This document shows, one piece after another, positions 42,351 through 56,363 of a stretch of 64,000 nucleotides of DNA. The DNA is from Octopus bimaculoides (Eukaryota): positions 168,331,220-168,395,219 of the forward strand of contig NC_068982.1 of NCBI RefSeq assembly GCF_001194135.2, written 5' to 3'. The notes beneath the pieces were generated by a model. The model saw only the letters and a program-made list of their open reading frames with translations. It was not told where the DNA came from and made no database searches. The translations under genes and the position numbers were made by a program. Numbering within the stretch: the first letter of the stretch is position 1; each line of letters begins with the position of its first letter.

Positions 42351-43401
42351 TGTTCAAGAGTAGCAGTTAGATTAACAAGTAACAACAGTGACTAAACAGC
42401 TAGATCAATAAGGTTAACCATGTAACAAAAAAAAAAAAAAATAAATATTGCGTCGACAACGAACTGACGAAACTGTCTCCACACGGTTGCTCAACTGGCT
42501 AGAAATAGCAAGCAAATCTTCCTAAAATAACAGTCTGCTATCTTTGAAAGAAATGAATATTTCAATAATGTACTCCTTCATGCACTGCTTTTTACTATTC
42601 TTGAGATGAAGATCACAAGAGGGAAGCGTTTGGCCATTGGTCTGTTTCAATAATAATTCATTTAGAACCAAGAAACAGAAATACGAATAAAATGGAAAAA
42701 GAATCGTCGATAGTTTCACTCATCATACATGGAATAACAGCCGACTCTCCTTTCAATTACATCCAGTCTAGTCGTAAATACACAATACCAAAAGCAGAGA
42801 GAAAATGAATATAGTTAAGACTCCTTCGATTACATGTCTTCTCCTTAATGGTTTACCAAGGATGAAACAATAACAAAAACGATGGCAATATTAGTATGAA
42901 CAACATTGGCAACATTAAAATCATTGACATCAAACATAAATTTCTGAAGCCACACCTTTGCCTATTATAATAGCATAAACTAACAACAGATGCTCTATAT
43001 AGTCAAACGGCCTTTTAAAATAGCATCCAAATTCGTTCAAATCACACCATACGCTCTTAGAAAAGAACACGTTTGATAATACAGAGTTGTGGCTTCTCTG
43101 CACATACGAAAATGACGTGGGGTCGCGTCTGGAAGGATTTGATCATAAGTGTACTGGATCTAAATTGACCGTGTTCTAAACAAGGTCAACAACACTAACG
43201 GAATTAACAACAAAATCTAACAACAAGATCTGTAACAATATTCTCAACAACACAGCAATAGCAACATAAATACTTCCCCAAAATGAGTTTATAGAAATAA
43301 CTCAAGTGGGCTAATGACATGAGTTTATAAAATCTTAGTAGATGGTGAAGTACTGAATGGCGTACGCTAAACATGATACGTGTATTGAGACATGCTTCTT
43401 T

Positions 43402-43684
43402 CAGTTCTATAGTTAAGCGATGAAGAATTATGTACATTATTTACATTATTTGCATTCGACGGATATTTGTCCTCATTTCATTTGTTGTTAACACAACGTT
43501 TTAGCTGATATACCCTCCAGCCTTCATTAGGTGTCTTGGGGATATTTCGAACATGGGTTCTCATTCCTAAGGTAATTTTCGATGTCATTATTATTATTAT
43601 TATTATTATTCAGGTCACTGCCTGTAATCGAACTCGGAATCTTGGGGTTAGTAGCCCGCGCTCTTAACCATTACGCCATATGCC
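43402..43684 (-). mobile_element. SINE-like element: tRNA-derived head + (AAT)n + body carrying a hammerhead-like motif
   Basis: A box TGGCGTAATGG and B-box-like GAGTTCGATT; body homologous to 14755-14925 and 22525-22625. Confidence 0.7.
43490..43535 (-). ncRNA. Hammerhead-like motif copy (degenerate core CUAAUGA / AAAA)
   Basis: Stem I GACAC/GUGUU, stem II GGCUG/CAGCU. Confidence 0.4.
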
Positions 43685-45505
43685 GGGTCTGATAACTCTG
43701 GGAGAAATATAATATAACACAATACGAGTTCATTTTCACCAATAATATAAAGCCTTATATCCAAATAAAGCATATTAATATTCCTGAATAACTTATATTT
43801 TAAACACTGACTAAAGAATAGAACAGTTTCAGTCATTCTCATTGCCTTTCAATATTAGCTTTCCTTTCAAATATAATTTTTTGTGACGCAGAAGAGATCA
43901 ATATTTCTTATAATCTATATCGGTCTATGTATTCTTTAAAATAATTTTTGTTTTTTTAATGATACTGTTGTTATAATTTGATTCTGACCACCTACTGCCG
44001 GAGCTCATTGCGCCAAATCAACTCTGATACAAAATACCCATTTAGATAGTGTATCTAAACATGCCAACACCCAAAACGACGGAATGGATAAGGAGAGAAT
44101 GCTTGTAATCATAGATCTATTCGATCGGAGTTGACCCGATGTCCCAATAAAGAACAACACAAACTGGCACTTATTCCATCGACACTGGAGACGTACGGTT
44201 TCTGCCAGCTTGCCGTCTTTTGTATTTCTATAATAGCTATTTGGTTTGGTGTTTCGTTACGTCTGGTAGAGTATCGTGTTAGAAACATTACACCGTTGTT
44301 GATGCTGTTGTTTGCTTCTCTATCCGAGTATTGTTTGCTTTCCTTCTATCAAGCAATCTGGCTTTCTATTGACTTTGAATTATACATCGATTTAATTTAC
44401 AACTAATCAAGATAGTTTATTTTCTTCTTATTCTTCATTTCGGTTTAGTTTTACAAATTTTATTGTTTGACATGGCATCTATTGATGTTTAAAATGGAGC
44501 TGCATTTCATTTCCAAAATATATCTTTCACAAATAATACGTTCATTAAAATGATACTTCCTTTATATTTATTTTCTGTTTTATATATTTTACCCTTTCTT
44601 TCTGAGAAAGTGGGGGTTCATGTATTTTGTTGGCTCTGTATTTCTCAAGTTCTTATTTCCTTTTCTTTTAGGTATTTCATGAATATGGAGCAAGACAATG
44701 GCTTAGAGGTATGTTGTCTTAACCAATTATATTCAAGAATCTATAATAAATTTCTTCTGTTTCAGGATTTCAACAGTGTTTCTCTGCATACAGTTATATA
44801 AATATTTGAGATGTGTATACGTACACATATACATGTATGCATAAGTATCTCCCCCCCACACACACACACACATACGCACACACACACATATACACACACA
44901 GACGCACACATACAGTCTCTCACGCACATATATGTATGCATATATGATGTAATCACTATGAACATTTCTATGCACAACCAAAGATACGCCCGTGCAGGAG
45001 TATTTACTTGTGTTTGCTCACGTGTATTTGTGCTGTTATATACGCATATATCATGCACACCAGCATGCTATGATTTACCATATGGAATACCTTGGAGAAA
45101 TTCACGAACGTTGCATTCTTTCCCCTTTCATGCACATGAACGCATACAAGCAAAACACTAAAGAATGACAAAGTGTTTTAACAGCTTGGAACAAATAAAT
45201 ATACTCTCTTGTCGATTTCAATGCATGTGTGTCCAACCGCTCAGTCAATTAGCTAATGTTTGTGTTTATAGCTAAACATTAAATGAGATTTATTTTTACG
45301 AAGACAACCGTCTCCACAAATCACAAGAAGCTCGGAGCAAACTGAGTTCTGTTATCTAAACTTGACAACTCAAAATGTTTTATTATAGACCAACATTATT
45401 TTTACCATAATTTGCGATCCTGCACCATTCGTTCGGAGTACGTTATGGATTATTTTGATTAGATAACATTGATTATAAAATATGTATGCATACACATGTG
45501 TGTGT

Positions 45506-45581
<76 letters not shown>

Positions 45582-46890
45582 TGATTGATTGATTGATTGA
45601 TTGATAGACAGACAGACAGACAGACACATACATATTATCACCATCGCTATCATTCGCCACCACTATCATCATCATCATAACCATTGCTTCGCGATTAAAG
45701 TTCGTCTGCAGGATATCCTTTTGTCAAACACTCCACTGGACACTGTGTGAAAGAGGTGCATACAGCTCGAACTCAGATTCGTGATCATGCTCTGTCATCG
45801 AAACGTGCCCCAGCAACTTAGTTATGATTCTAGTAGCATAGACTCGATCCTGAGGACAGTGGCCATTATACTGAGCACTTCAATGATGACAAAAACTTGC
45901 TGTGTTGGATATTATGACAAATTTGAATCAGATAACTCCATGTCAGAATACATACATATACACACACATGCATACATAGATACATATATGTATGCATCCA
46001 TCTATTCATATATATATATATATATACATATATATGTATGTATGTATGTATGTAAGTATATGTATATATAAAATATATTAAACATACATTGATGCATGCA
46101 TGCATAAATGTATGCATGTAAAAGTATTAGTGTTAGGGATGTTAAAGTATAAAGGTATAAACTAAAACGAGAAAACTTTATACATTTATTGCTGTAAGGG
46201 CTCGATACTTTTAGTAGAGACAGATTCATTTTATATATTGGATTTACTTTAGATTCAAGTAGTGACTGATATTCAATATATTCAGTTGGTTTAATATATT
46301 TAATACTACGAACTATAAGTATGTGTGTGTGTGTATGTGTGTGTATAAGTAGATATGTATGTATATGTGTAAGTCTCTGCATGTCTGAATAAATATTTCG
46401 TAAATATAATGTCAATATTACTCTGTACAAATTTTAGCAAGGTTTTCCTATGAATAGGGAATAACTCGATTTCTGAGCGAAATAGCATAAATGTAAATAA
46501 ATAATTCAAACAAAATGATACGTGAAAAATATCAAAAGGATTGGATGAGTGTAGGTTGGGATTGTTTTCATAGAAGGTTCCTCTCGACAATCCAAGCAAG
46601 ACAAGGAATTTGAAATCAAGCGGTTGAAAGTCAATACAAATTCCCTTTGGACATGTATGTATATATTTATGTATAATATATGTGTGTGTGTGTTTGTGTG
46701 TGCATATATATGTGCGTGTGTATATATATATATACATATACATATATATAACCGTCTAAGAGATAAAAGTATCCAAAATACTACCGGTATATTACCCATT
46801 TTTGAACATGGGCTAAAATATTATGCCCATAGATTATAGGCAAAGACAAGGATAAACAGGAGTTTATCAGGAATCAAAAATCAAAATTTA

Positions 46891-47012
46891 AAGAAATAGA
46901 AAATGGAGACAACACTGATGAACAGCAATTGATTTGCATCAATCATTAATAAATAATAATTGATGCAAATCAATTGCCGTTCGTCAGTATTATCTCCCTT
47001 TTCTGTATTCTT
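46891..47012. repeat. Long hairpin: 30-bp near-perfect core stem (46914-46943 / 46959-46988) with a looser basal extension
   Basis: actgatgaacagcaattgatttgcatcaat versus attgatgcaaatcaattgccgttcgtcagt, 2 differences. Confidence 0.85.
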
Positions 47013-47993
47013 TTCCTCGGTTTCTTACTAGGATCTGTGGTTATGTGTGCGTGTATATAGTTTTGTTTTTTTAAATCTGTTTAAATGTGGGTATCGAGAA
47101 ATGGGAAAGAACAACCGTTAAGATGTTTTATGCTGGTTTATTTCACTTGTATTTGTCTCCGTTTCAAGGATGGGAAATCTGCTATGTATTCGATGACCAT
47201 TTAATATACACACTGACCACCATCCTCTCTATAGCAACCTCAAATTATTTTGATGTTGCTGCGTTGGACCATAAGTTAGATTTGAATTAGAGTTCTTTTT
47301 TTTTTCTCTGTTCTTCCATGATTTTCTATGTTAATTGCACATTCGATCACACCTACTTTCTCTTCTATTAATTGCACGTTCAAGTTGAAAACATTACTAG
47401 CCGAAATAAGTAGATTTTGTCATTGGTTGACCATTTAAATTAAGTTAAGCCTGATGATGGTGGAATTACGTACTACCATATAATCTTTAAGTGGTCACAT
47501 TGTATAAAGTTCTACCAAAATAACTGTCGGTAATTTAGACGACCTTTCTGTGTCACTAATTTATACTTACGTCACACCAAAGATCCACTGATGTGTTGGA
47601 ATGTGGGTGATTGATTGGATTTGATATTTACATAATTACAATGTGATCTCAGCATCTGATGTATAAAATGTCGTATTATTTAATAGTGAACTTTATGCAA
47701 TTATACCTAGCTATTTCACAGCTTCTTTCGTGTTGCCATGTCTTGATTCTTAATCAATCCTGAAGTATACATACATATATATATATATAAACACATACAT
47801 TTATATATGTATAGAGTGAGAGAGAGAGAGAGAAAGAGAGAGTGATACATACATGTATACATACTATATGTATGTTTGCGTGTGTGTCTCTATGTGTATG
47901 CATGTGTGCATGTGGGTATGTATATGACTAAGTAAACCACACTACAGCATTTCCAAAGTAAGCGACAAGAAATAGTAACCTCACGGTTCTTAC

Positions 47994-48047
47994 TTGTGGC
48001 TGCACAGCTGTGTGTAAAACAATATCGTGCTGCTTTCTTTACTCCTT
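47994..48047 (-). CDS. Candidate exon (54 nt, phase 1-1): xGVKKAARYCFTHSCAAT
   Basis: Acceptor tttgtacgtcatcag, donor AA|gtaaga; symmetric and open. Confidence 0.4.
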
Positions 48048-49887
48048 CTGATGACGTACAAATATGCATGTATAATGTATTTAGATAACTTCAATTCTAA
48101 CCGAGAGGGAAAAGGGGAAAAGAATTGGTTCTTCTAGGTCATTTAACGGTAAATATGAAAGAGAATCTTGCTATGAAAAATGGCTTATAGTATATTGGAT
48201 TTAAAATATTACATAGGAAAAAAGGTCGCGGTCTACCCATGGGACTGAAACCATGCATCCTCTCAGACCCTTTTACACATGTACACTCAAACTCTCACAC
48301 TCACGGGCGTGTATGTATGCATATATGTGTATTATGAATATGTGCGTGTATATATGGGAGAGCATATTTGTATATGTTAAGCATGTATGAGAGTTTTAGT
48401 CTGAAATTGCATGTTTTTTATCACTGACATGTTTGTCATGGCACTCCTGCAAAAATGTAATTAAGTTAAATGGATTTGAATACGAGTACTTTTATACACC
48501 TGGATTTTCTACAGAGTAAGACAATTATACATTTTCTTATTTGAAATCCCGATGGAAGACTACAGTTTTTTTCCTTAATGATAATTAAATTTCAGGATAT
48601 TCCATTTCTTCGATTTTCTTTACACTTCAAATCCGTATTGTAGTAGCACTGCTTTCATTGATTCCTGGTAGAATATTACACCTTGATTCCAAGTGAACGT
48701 AACACTATAGCTCGCTTGAAACAGCTTGTCACTTACAACGCGCGCTTTATCAGTGACTAAATAAGCCAACCGAATTTAGTTTTCCTGTATCCATAGTTGT
48801 AACTCGATATACTGTACTATTACGCACAAAAATATATATGTATTTTAGAGCAGCAGTTGCTGCGTGTGTCATTGTATTACATGACATAACAACCTCCTGA
48901 GTACTCCTCCTTCATCGGCACAACTACACAACGAATCCAATTATGTACCAAATAAACTATCGACGTCCCGTAGCTCTCTGGTGATATATCGATTTCTCTT
49001 CGATTCTGTGTTCACATTTACTTTTTTTCACATAAGTTCTTTGTTTTTTTTTGTTCTTTTCTTTTCTCTTTTTTCTTTGTTTAATTATCTTTTGGAATGC
49101 TTCTAATTTCACGTTTTTATTAATCAATTTCTATAAATTAACCTGTTATATAATTAGCTTGGAGTGCTATCTCATAAGCGTGATATTTGTGTGAGGCGGG
49201 TGAGGCGAGAGATTGCACACACGTGCTTCATATATACACGTATTAGCTTAACTTGTAAGATAAAAATCAAGTAGAATATCATTAAAACACGGTCGGCTTC
49301 GTCAGAATTTTGAAAGCGCATCGTGCCATGTTAATCACTGATATTTGATGGTAATACTTCTTAAATCGAGTCTACACTTTACATTTAGATTCCCTTTATG
49401 TTTCATACTTTGCCTTAGACTGTAATATACTATACCTAAAGTAAAGAGCAAAAAACTCCGATATGTCCTTACTACATTACTAAGAAATAACAACAGTGAA
49501 CTCGCAAGAAAGCAGCTGGATGTAGAATATTTAATAAAAATATTATCTGACAATATATCTTATCAGTCACATTTGTAAAATCATGCAAAAGAGAATCTGT
49601 CTTGTTATCTAATTCACTGCTAAACGAAGCAAGGTTTAAAACGGATGTTTGTTTTGAAATTGAAGCTTACGTAAAACTTGATATATCAAATATACTTGAT
49701 GAATTTAATTCAGCATAAATGTTTCGAAGAAGTGCCAAAATTTTGTTAAACTCTGCCAAAATACGGGAGGTGAGCCAAATTTTGAAGAAAACACAACAAA
49801 CTAGTTAATAAGACTTGCAATTATCGTGAAATATTTCAAATTCACTCACGAGATAAACAGACTATCCCCAGTTTCGTGTTCTATCTT

Positions 49888-49936
<49 letters not shown>

Positions 49937-50129
49937 NNNNNNNNNNNNNNNNNNNNNNNNNNNNNNNNNNNNNNNNNNNNNNNNNNNNNNNNNNNNNNNN
50001 NNNNNNNNTCTCTCTCTCTCTCTCTCTCTTCGCTCTCTCTCTCTCTCATAACCTCTCGATGATATATTTACATTCACAGATATATTTATAATTTACATAT
50101 CCCTCTCTCTCGCTCTCTATCTGTTTGTA

Positions 50130-50194
<65 letters not shown>

Positions 50195-50329
50195 CGCTGT
50201 GTCTCTCACTATGCATAATATACATTCTTTTATTCTTTTACATGTTTCAGCCCTAAGGCTGTGGCTATGCTGAAGACCGCCAGCATATTTATATATTTAT
50301 TTATTTATAAATATATATGGATTTTAATT

Positions 50330-50360
<31 letters not shown>

Positions 50361-51284
50361 GAAGACCTATATGTATGCCTACACATACACACAAACACGT
50401 GCGGGCACGCACGTACACGCACACACAACGCACGCGTGCATACACACACATACACACGCATATATATAGGGATGCATAATAAAAGACACCACCTGGATGA
50501 AGTTTAAAAAATACCACATTTGCTGTACTGGAAAAAAAAGCACAGGTCTGACGTTTTGGACGTTAGTTCTCCATCAGAGGACAGAGAAAAGCATATAAAA
50601 ATTGAAAGTATAGAAAGTACGCAAAGCCCTTCTATGGAGAATTTAACGAAGGGTAGAAATGTAGGTGGGTATATACAAGGAGGGGAGTGAATCAGGTTCA
50701 GGAAGTGAGCATAAGGGGAGTTGTTTGGTGGTGGGATGTATTTGTTGAAAACTGTGTAAGTGTGGTAGTAGCGTTGTGGGGATGATGATCTGTTAGTATA
50801 TAAATGTTGGTATATGAAGTCGGTGGTAAGAATGCGTGGAAGTGAGGAAGTGAGAGCCAGGACGAATTTGTGAAAAGAAAACAAATTTAGGGAAGAAATA
50901 GATGGTGGAATAAATGTGTGTGTGTGTGTGTGTGTGTGTTTGTGCGCGAGCGCGCGTGTATGAAACGCTTTACCATGAAAGGATGGGCTAACCTCAAACA
51001 CGTAAAAGAAAGAGAAGATAGGGGTGTTGTGAACAGATAACAGTCAAAGAAAAATGTTTTGAAAAAATACCAAACACTGGGAAACTACACTGTCGTTCGA
51101 TTGTGTGTCCAACGGGTGGTCAGGAAATGGAAAAACTCGCAAAAGAGGATGGATGCTAACTGTGATGAGAGTCTGGTAAAGTCTACATTAGCGAAATGGC
51201 TGTCTTGGATTTGTTGAAAGCTGGAATTGACACACATACATACATACATACATATATTCATACATACATACATACATACATACA

Positions 51285-51317
<33 letters not shown>

Positions 51318-51540
51318 GTATGGAATGATATAAACAATGAGTAACAATACAAGATTCATTCTAGAAGTATTAAGACTTTTTCAGTACAAAACTCTGATCT
51401 CCTTCAAAGTAGGATCCTATAACTAAAATGAACTTGTGGCGCTCCAACCATATCTTGCTACTATATGCATTGAGTATACTGATGGTATTCGTGTGGGCAA
51501 CAATAATTTATTACATGTACCTATATGCATATGTGTGTGT

Positions 51541-51648
<108 letters not shown>

Positions 51649-52327
51649 AGACACATATAGATGTGTATATATGTTTGTGTATGCGTGTGTATTTATATGC
51701 ACAGATATGTATATCCCTGAACACACACATAAACTTACGTATATATAGCTATATACACACAGTCATTCATCTATAAATACATATACTTTTATGTCTCAGC
51801 TGGTTAGTTCACTATCTTTCGTAACTGTAAAGTTTCCTCCCAGAACAAGAATTTTCAAACTTTTAAGATTTGAATTATTCATGTAATGTCAAAATTTAGA
51901 ACGGAAGTGAGCCACCTGGTTCGACTTGTATTCACGTCTAGGAAGTATTCTTCTGAACTTCCAGTCTGTTTTGCTAACTACTTCGTAAGATCTTTCGGTG
52001 AGGACACTTACTGGTTATTTCCATTTTATCATTTAAGTGATTTCCCGTTTTCTGACGTATGTCGGTATTCTCAGCAGTACAGTCATTGTATTTCATTGAG
52101 TCATTCAAATAAATGCGCTTCCTCCTCTAATTGACTATTTGATGCACAATGTTTCAGCATAGTTTCCTCTCCGTTGCCATTTATATTTACAAACTATTTT
52201 ACTATTATTTCTTTCTGCCCTTATAAAAGTAGATTTCTTCTTTACGTAGCGGATTTTGCAACTACATTCACACACACACACATACACATATGTATATATA
52301 TGTATGCATATATATATGTATATATAC

Positions 52328-52372
<45 letters not shown>

Positions 52373-52536
52373 GGCGCAGGTTCCTGGTTCAGTCCCACTG
52401 TGTGGTACCTTGGGCAAGTGTATTCTAATTTAGCCTCGGCTGACCCATGATATATTGGTATATCTGAAAACCGACGATTGTCCTTCATTTGATTGAACTG
52501 TATCAGATCAGGGCTGTATGCTTCATGACAGCCTAC

Positions 52537-52593
52537 TGCTAGCTCATCTCTAAGTATTTTGTACTGCTCGCTGTTCACGCCACAGCTATGCCC
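52537..52593 (-). CDS. Candidate exon (phase 0 start): GHSCGVNSEQYKILRDELA; may extend to 52445 ([31 protein letters not shown])
   Basis: Acceptor tctgatttattgacag, donor GCA|gtaggc or GG|gtcagc; frame open for about 50 codons of non-repetitive sequence. Confidence 0.35.
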
Positions 52594-52923
52594 CTGTCAA
52601 TAAATCAGACCATAAATCAATCACCATGTCTTTCTCTGCCGATGCTTTAAATGATCTATTCCATGATATGCAAAAACACATGGTTAGTAACGGTGACACG
52701 GCTTTCATCATAGTGCAGATTAATGAAAGCTAACATTGGCTACACAAAACAGCTACATTTGTTTCCCGACCACAATGACTCCTCTACATTTGTGATTCAC
52801 AGACATTCCTTTGTCATTTGTCCCGCGACTCCCTATATTTCGCCTGCTATACGTCTCTCTCTCTATATATCTCTTTCTCTCTCTATATATATATATATCT
52901 TTCTCTCTATCTCTTTCTCTCTT

Positions 52924-52955
<32 letters not shown>

Positions 52956-53514
52956 ACTCTCTCTCTCTCACTCTCTCTCTTTCATAGAAAAAATATAACC
53001 ACTAAATGATCGTTCTATATAAAAGCGCATACCTGTCAAGACACTTTGTTTGAGATATTGTTTTAGCGTTAATATATATTTAAGTTAAGGCAATAAATAG
53101 ACTAACTGAACAACGCCTTCGTGTGAAAAGATATATTTCATACAAATATGGCATATAACTAATTTTTATATATTTGTTTCATAATCCTTCTTTCAATTTT
53201 CATTTTGTCTGTGTCTTTGTGTATGAGTGTATGTGTGTTTGTGCTTGTGTGAATAGTCTTCATAACACATTAAGTTTGCATTGTGAAGCCAGAAATGTTC
53301 GTTAGCAAAATAAGGTGGGTATTGGGCTACATAAATTTTATAAGCATACTGAATAAACCAACAACAAACAAAAGAAAGTTTCGGTGCATATGCATATTAC
53401 ATTAAAATATATTTCATGCTCAATATATTTATCTTGATACATATATGCACATGCATACATACATACATACATACATACATACATACATACATACATACAT
53501 ACATACATGCGCAT

Positions 53515-53680
53515 ACAAGACTCAAGAGAGATTCAAGAAAGATTGTTACGATCGACAAGGTGAATCACAATGACCTTTTTGTGTGCACAGTGTATGACAG
53601 ACCATGCCTTTCTTTTTCTAGGCTCAAATCTCATTTGCGAACCCATGGAAAACGAATCTCCACCAACTAGTCTGCCTATA
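53515..53680 (+). mobile_element. 3' end of an RTE-clade LINE ORF2
   Basis: FVCTVYDRPCLSFSRLKSHLRTH resembles the terminal C2H2-like motif of RTE elements. Confidence 0.55.
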
Positions 53681-53936
53681 TGTCTGTACACACCATTCAA
53701 TGAAATGTATGCCAGAAGGTTTGCAAATCTATTGGATGCCCCAAAAACTATTTTAAGATTCACAAAGAGCAGAGCTTATCTGCAGTTCTTGGTGGTCCCA
53801 ATCGGATATGCAATCTATGTGGGTGTCTTTTCAAAACAATATTTGGTTTAAAAAGCCACATCAAATGCTATGATGGTTCTAAGGCGTAGGTACTAGGTAC
53901 AGGAGGTGGTCAAACTCTACATAAGGAGTAGAGTAT

Positions 53937-53993
<57 letters not shown>

Positions 53994-54442
53994 AGCAGAG
54001 CAGCAATAATAGTATTCAGTTAATCTACATATATTAACGTATATATTACTAAACCCACTCAACACCCATGTAGATTTTTTACTTGAAGATGTATTCCTAA
54101 AATATGTTCAAAAAATAATTACACACACCCATAGACACATACACACACACACACCCTCACACACATACTTTTGTGTGAATATGTGTATATTATTGTTTGT
54201 CAATATGAGTATTTAAGTGTAGGTAATTTGTGTCGGTAATTCTTTCTTTTTCAATGCAGGAAATTCACACACTTCCACCCTTAAGCCACTTGTAAACTAA
54301 ACATAATGGCATTATAACCAAATACATTTTTCATACACAAATGTATGTGGTTATAATGTTGTTATATAATAATAGAATGTAAATATTGTAGCATTGGTTT
54401 CTTTTAATCTCTCAACAAGGGAAGCAAACGGTAACTTCTCAC

Positions 54443-54468
54443 CCTAAATCGTTTTAAATGAGAATCGT
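54443..54468 (-). CDS. Candidate small exon (26 nt, phase 1-0): (D)DSHLKRFR
   Basis: Strong donor AGG|gtgaga, weak acceptor atcatatcag; phase bridges the 59435 exon to the 52593 candidate. Confidence 0.3.
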
Positions 54469-55303
54469 CTGATATGATTCTCATTTAAAACGTCTGGCCT
54501 GTGTTGTGAAGATGTTATTAATAATTTTGTTTCCTATAAAATACTATCGACCCAAAATATTGATAAACTTAACTGAATTTACGTTTAAAATAGTAAATGA
54601 TAATAAAAATGTAGTAATATATATATATGTGGGGGGTGTATATATGTGCATGTGCATGCGTGCGTGTGTGTGTGTGTGTGTGTGTCTGTGTGTGTGTGTG
54701 TGTGTGCGCGCGTGCGGCTTGCTGTCTGTCTTTGTGTGCGTGTTGCATGATAAAAGGCGAAATCAGAAATTTAAGAGATCATTACTTTCTGCACAAGCAT
54801 CAATATTTATCAGGAATGAAATATTTAGAGAATTATGGCTAAAATATGTAAGATATCGCATGGCTAAAACGGTTTATTTGAAGTTCTACACATTTAGTGT
54901 CGTCATTCTCAGAAAAAATACAGAAAGAAAACAAACAAAAAATATGCTGCGGTTGCAATGACAATCCAAAGACCATTTGCATTTTATTCCCAAAAATGCA
55001 TACAAGGTAACTAACACAAATATATATTGAAAATCAATATAGTGGTTTATACGTAACAAGGATATATTTGACGTACAGAAATCCTTGACGCGTCGCATCT
55101 CAGACGATCGTGTTGTTGGTTACATTACCTTTACCTTTCCTCACATTAGATATTATGATTTGTTCTTGTTATTTTAAATGTGCTAATTTATTGCTATAAT
55201 GTCGTTGATCAGATAAGCACCTGGTTTTAAGAAAAAATAAGTCCTGGGGTCGATTCATTCGACTAAAAGGCAGCGCTTCAGCATGAAAGACATAAACACG
55301 CAA

Positions 55304-55351
<48 letters not shown>

Positions 55352-56064
55352 ACACAGAAATACATGACAAAATCTCTCACCCATAAATAATTGATACACA
55401 AGATTACATGAAATGCAACATTCGCGCACATAATCTTGTCACTGAATTTGAATTTCAAATATTCGAATACACACGTACAGGCGCAATCACGTGAGTATAA
55501 AAATACATTAACAAAACCACCCCTAAATACTAATTAACCTTGTATCCCTAATATCATTGCACATAAGACATACTACAACTTTAATTGGGAAAAATTAATT
55601 ATGTAAGCCGATACGCATACACACATCCTTTACAGGCTAAAAGAAAATTACATTAATGATATTACTAGTGAAACTAAGGGAAGAAAAACGTATAAGATAA
55701 GCAAATTAGCCCCATTAAGTCAGTAAACATATAAAACAAAGTGACCTAGAAAAATCGAAACAGGCTCCAGAAAAAATAATAAACAACGTAATGAATAATT
55801 TACATTATTTATAAAACCAGCCTCGAAAACAGCAAATCAAGTTGCCTAACAATAGTAGCCTGCCAATAGACGTTAAAATCAACTCTCTAATGTCAATAAC
55901 TAAAGTTAAACCGGTCTCACTTGGACATTGCAGCAGAGTGAAACTTTAGTTCCGAAATAAATACTTGGGTGAAATAAACTATACATGCATAAATAAATAC
56001 ATACACATACCTACATAAATATACATACATATGTGTATATTTGTGTGTGTATGTGTGTGCGTGC

Positions 56065-56138
<74 letters not shown>

Positions 56139-56324
56139 TGCATTATAACTTACCACGTGGGGCTAATCGAAATTCCTCGTTCAGTATTTACGTGTTGGAA
56201 AAATATATTTCTTTCTACTTATTCCACAATACATTTCAACGCATCAAAAACAAACTTATATATACCGAATCTATATATATACGTGTGTGTGTACGTGTGT
56301 GTACGTGTGTGTGTGTGTGTGTGT

Positions 56325-56363
<39 letters not shown>

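Noticed and set aside
42522-42719. ORF with a signal-peptide-like N-terminus
   Set aside because: It starts at GTG, and the hydrophobicity is explained by T-rich sequence; no supporting exon structure.
43613-43684. tRNA-like sequence as a true tRNA gene
   Set aside because: No proper acceptor stem or terminator; it runs into a repeat body, so it is a SINE head.
52579-52593. GHSCG as a GxSxG hydrolase nucleophile motif
   Set aside because: It lacks the preceding hydrophobic beta-strand and the exon is itself uncertain.
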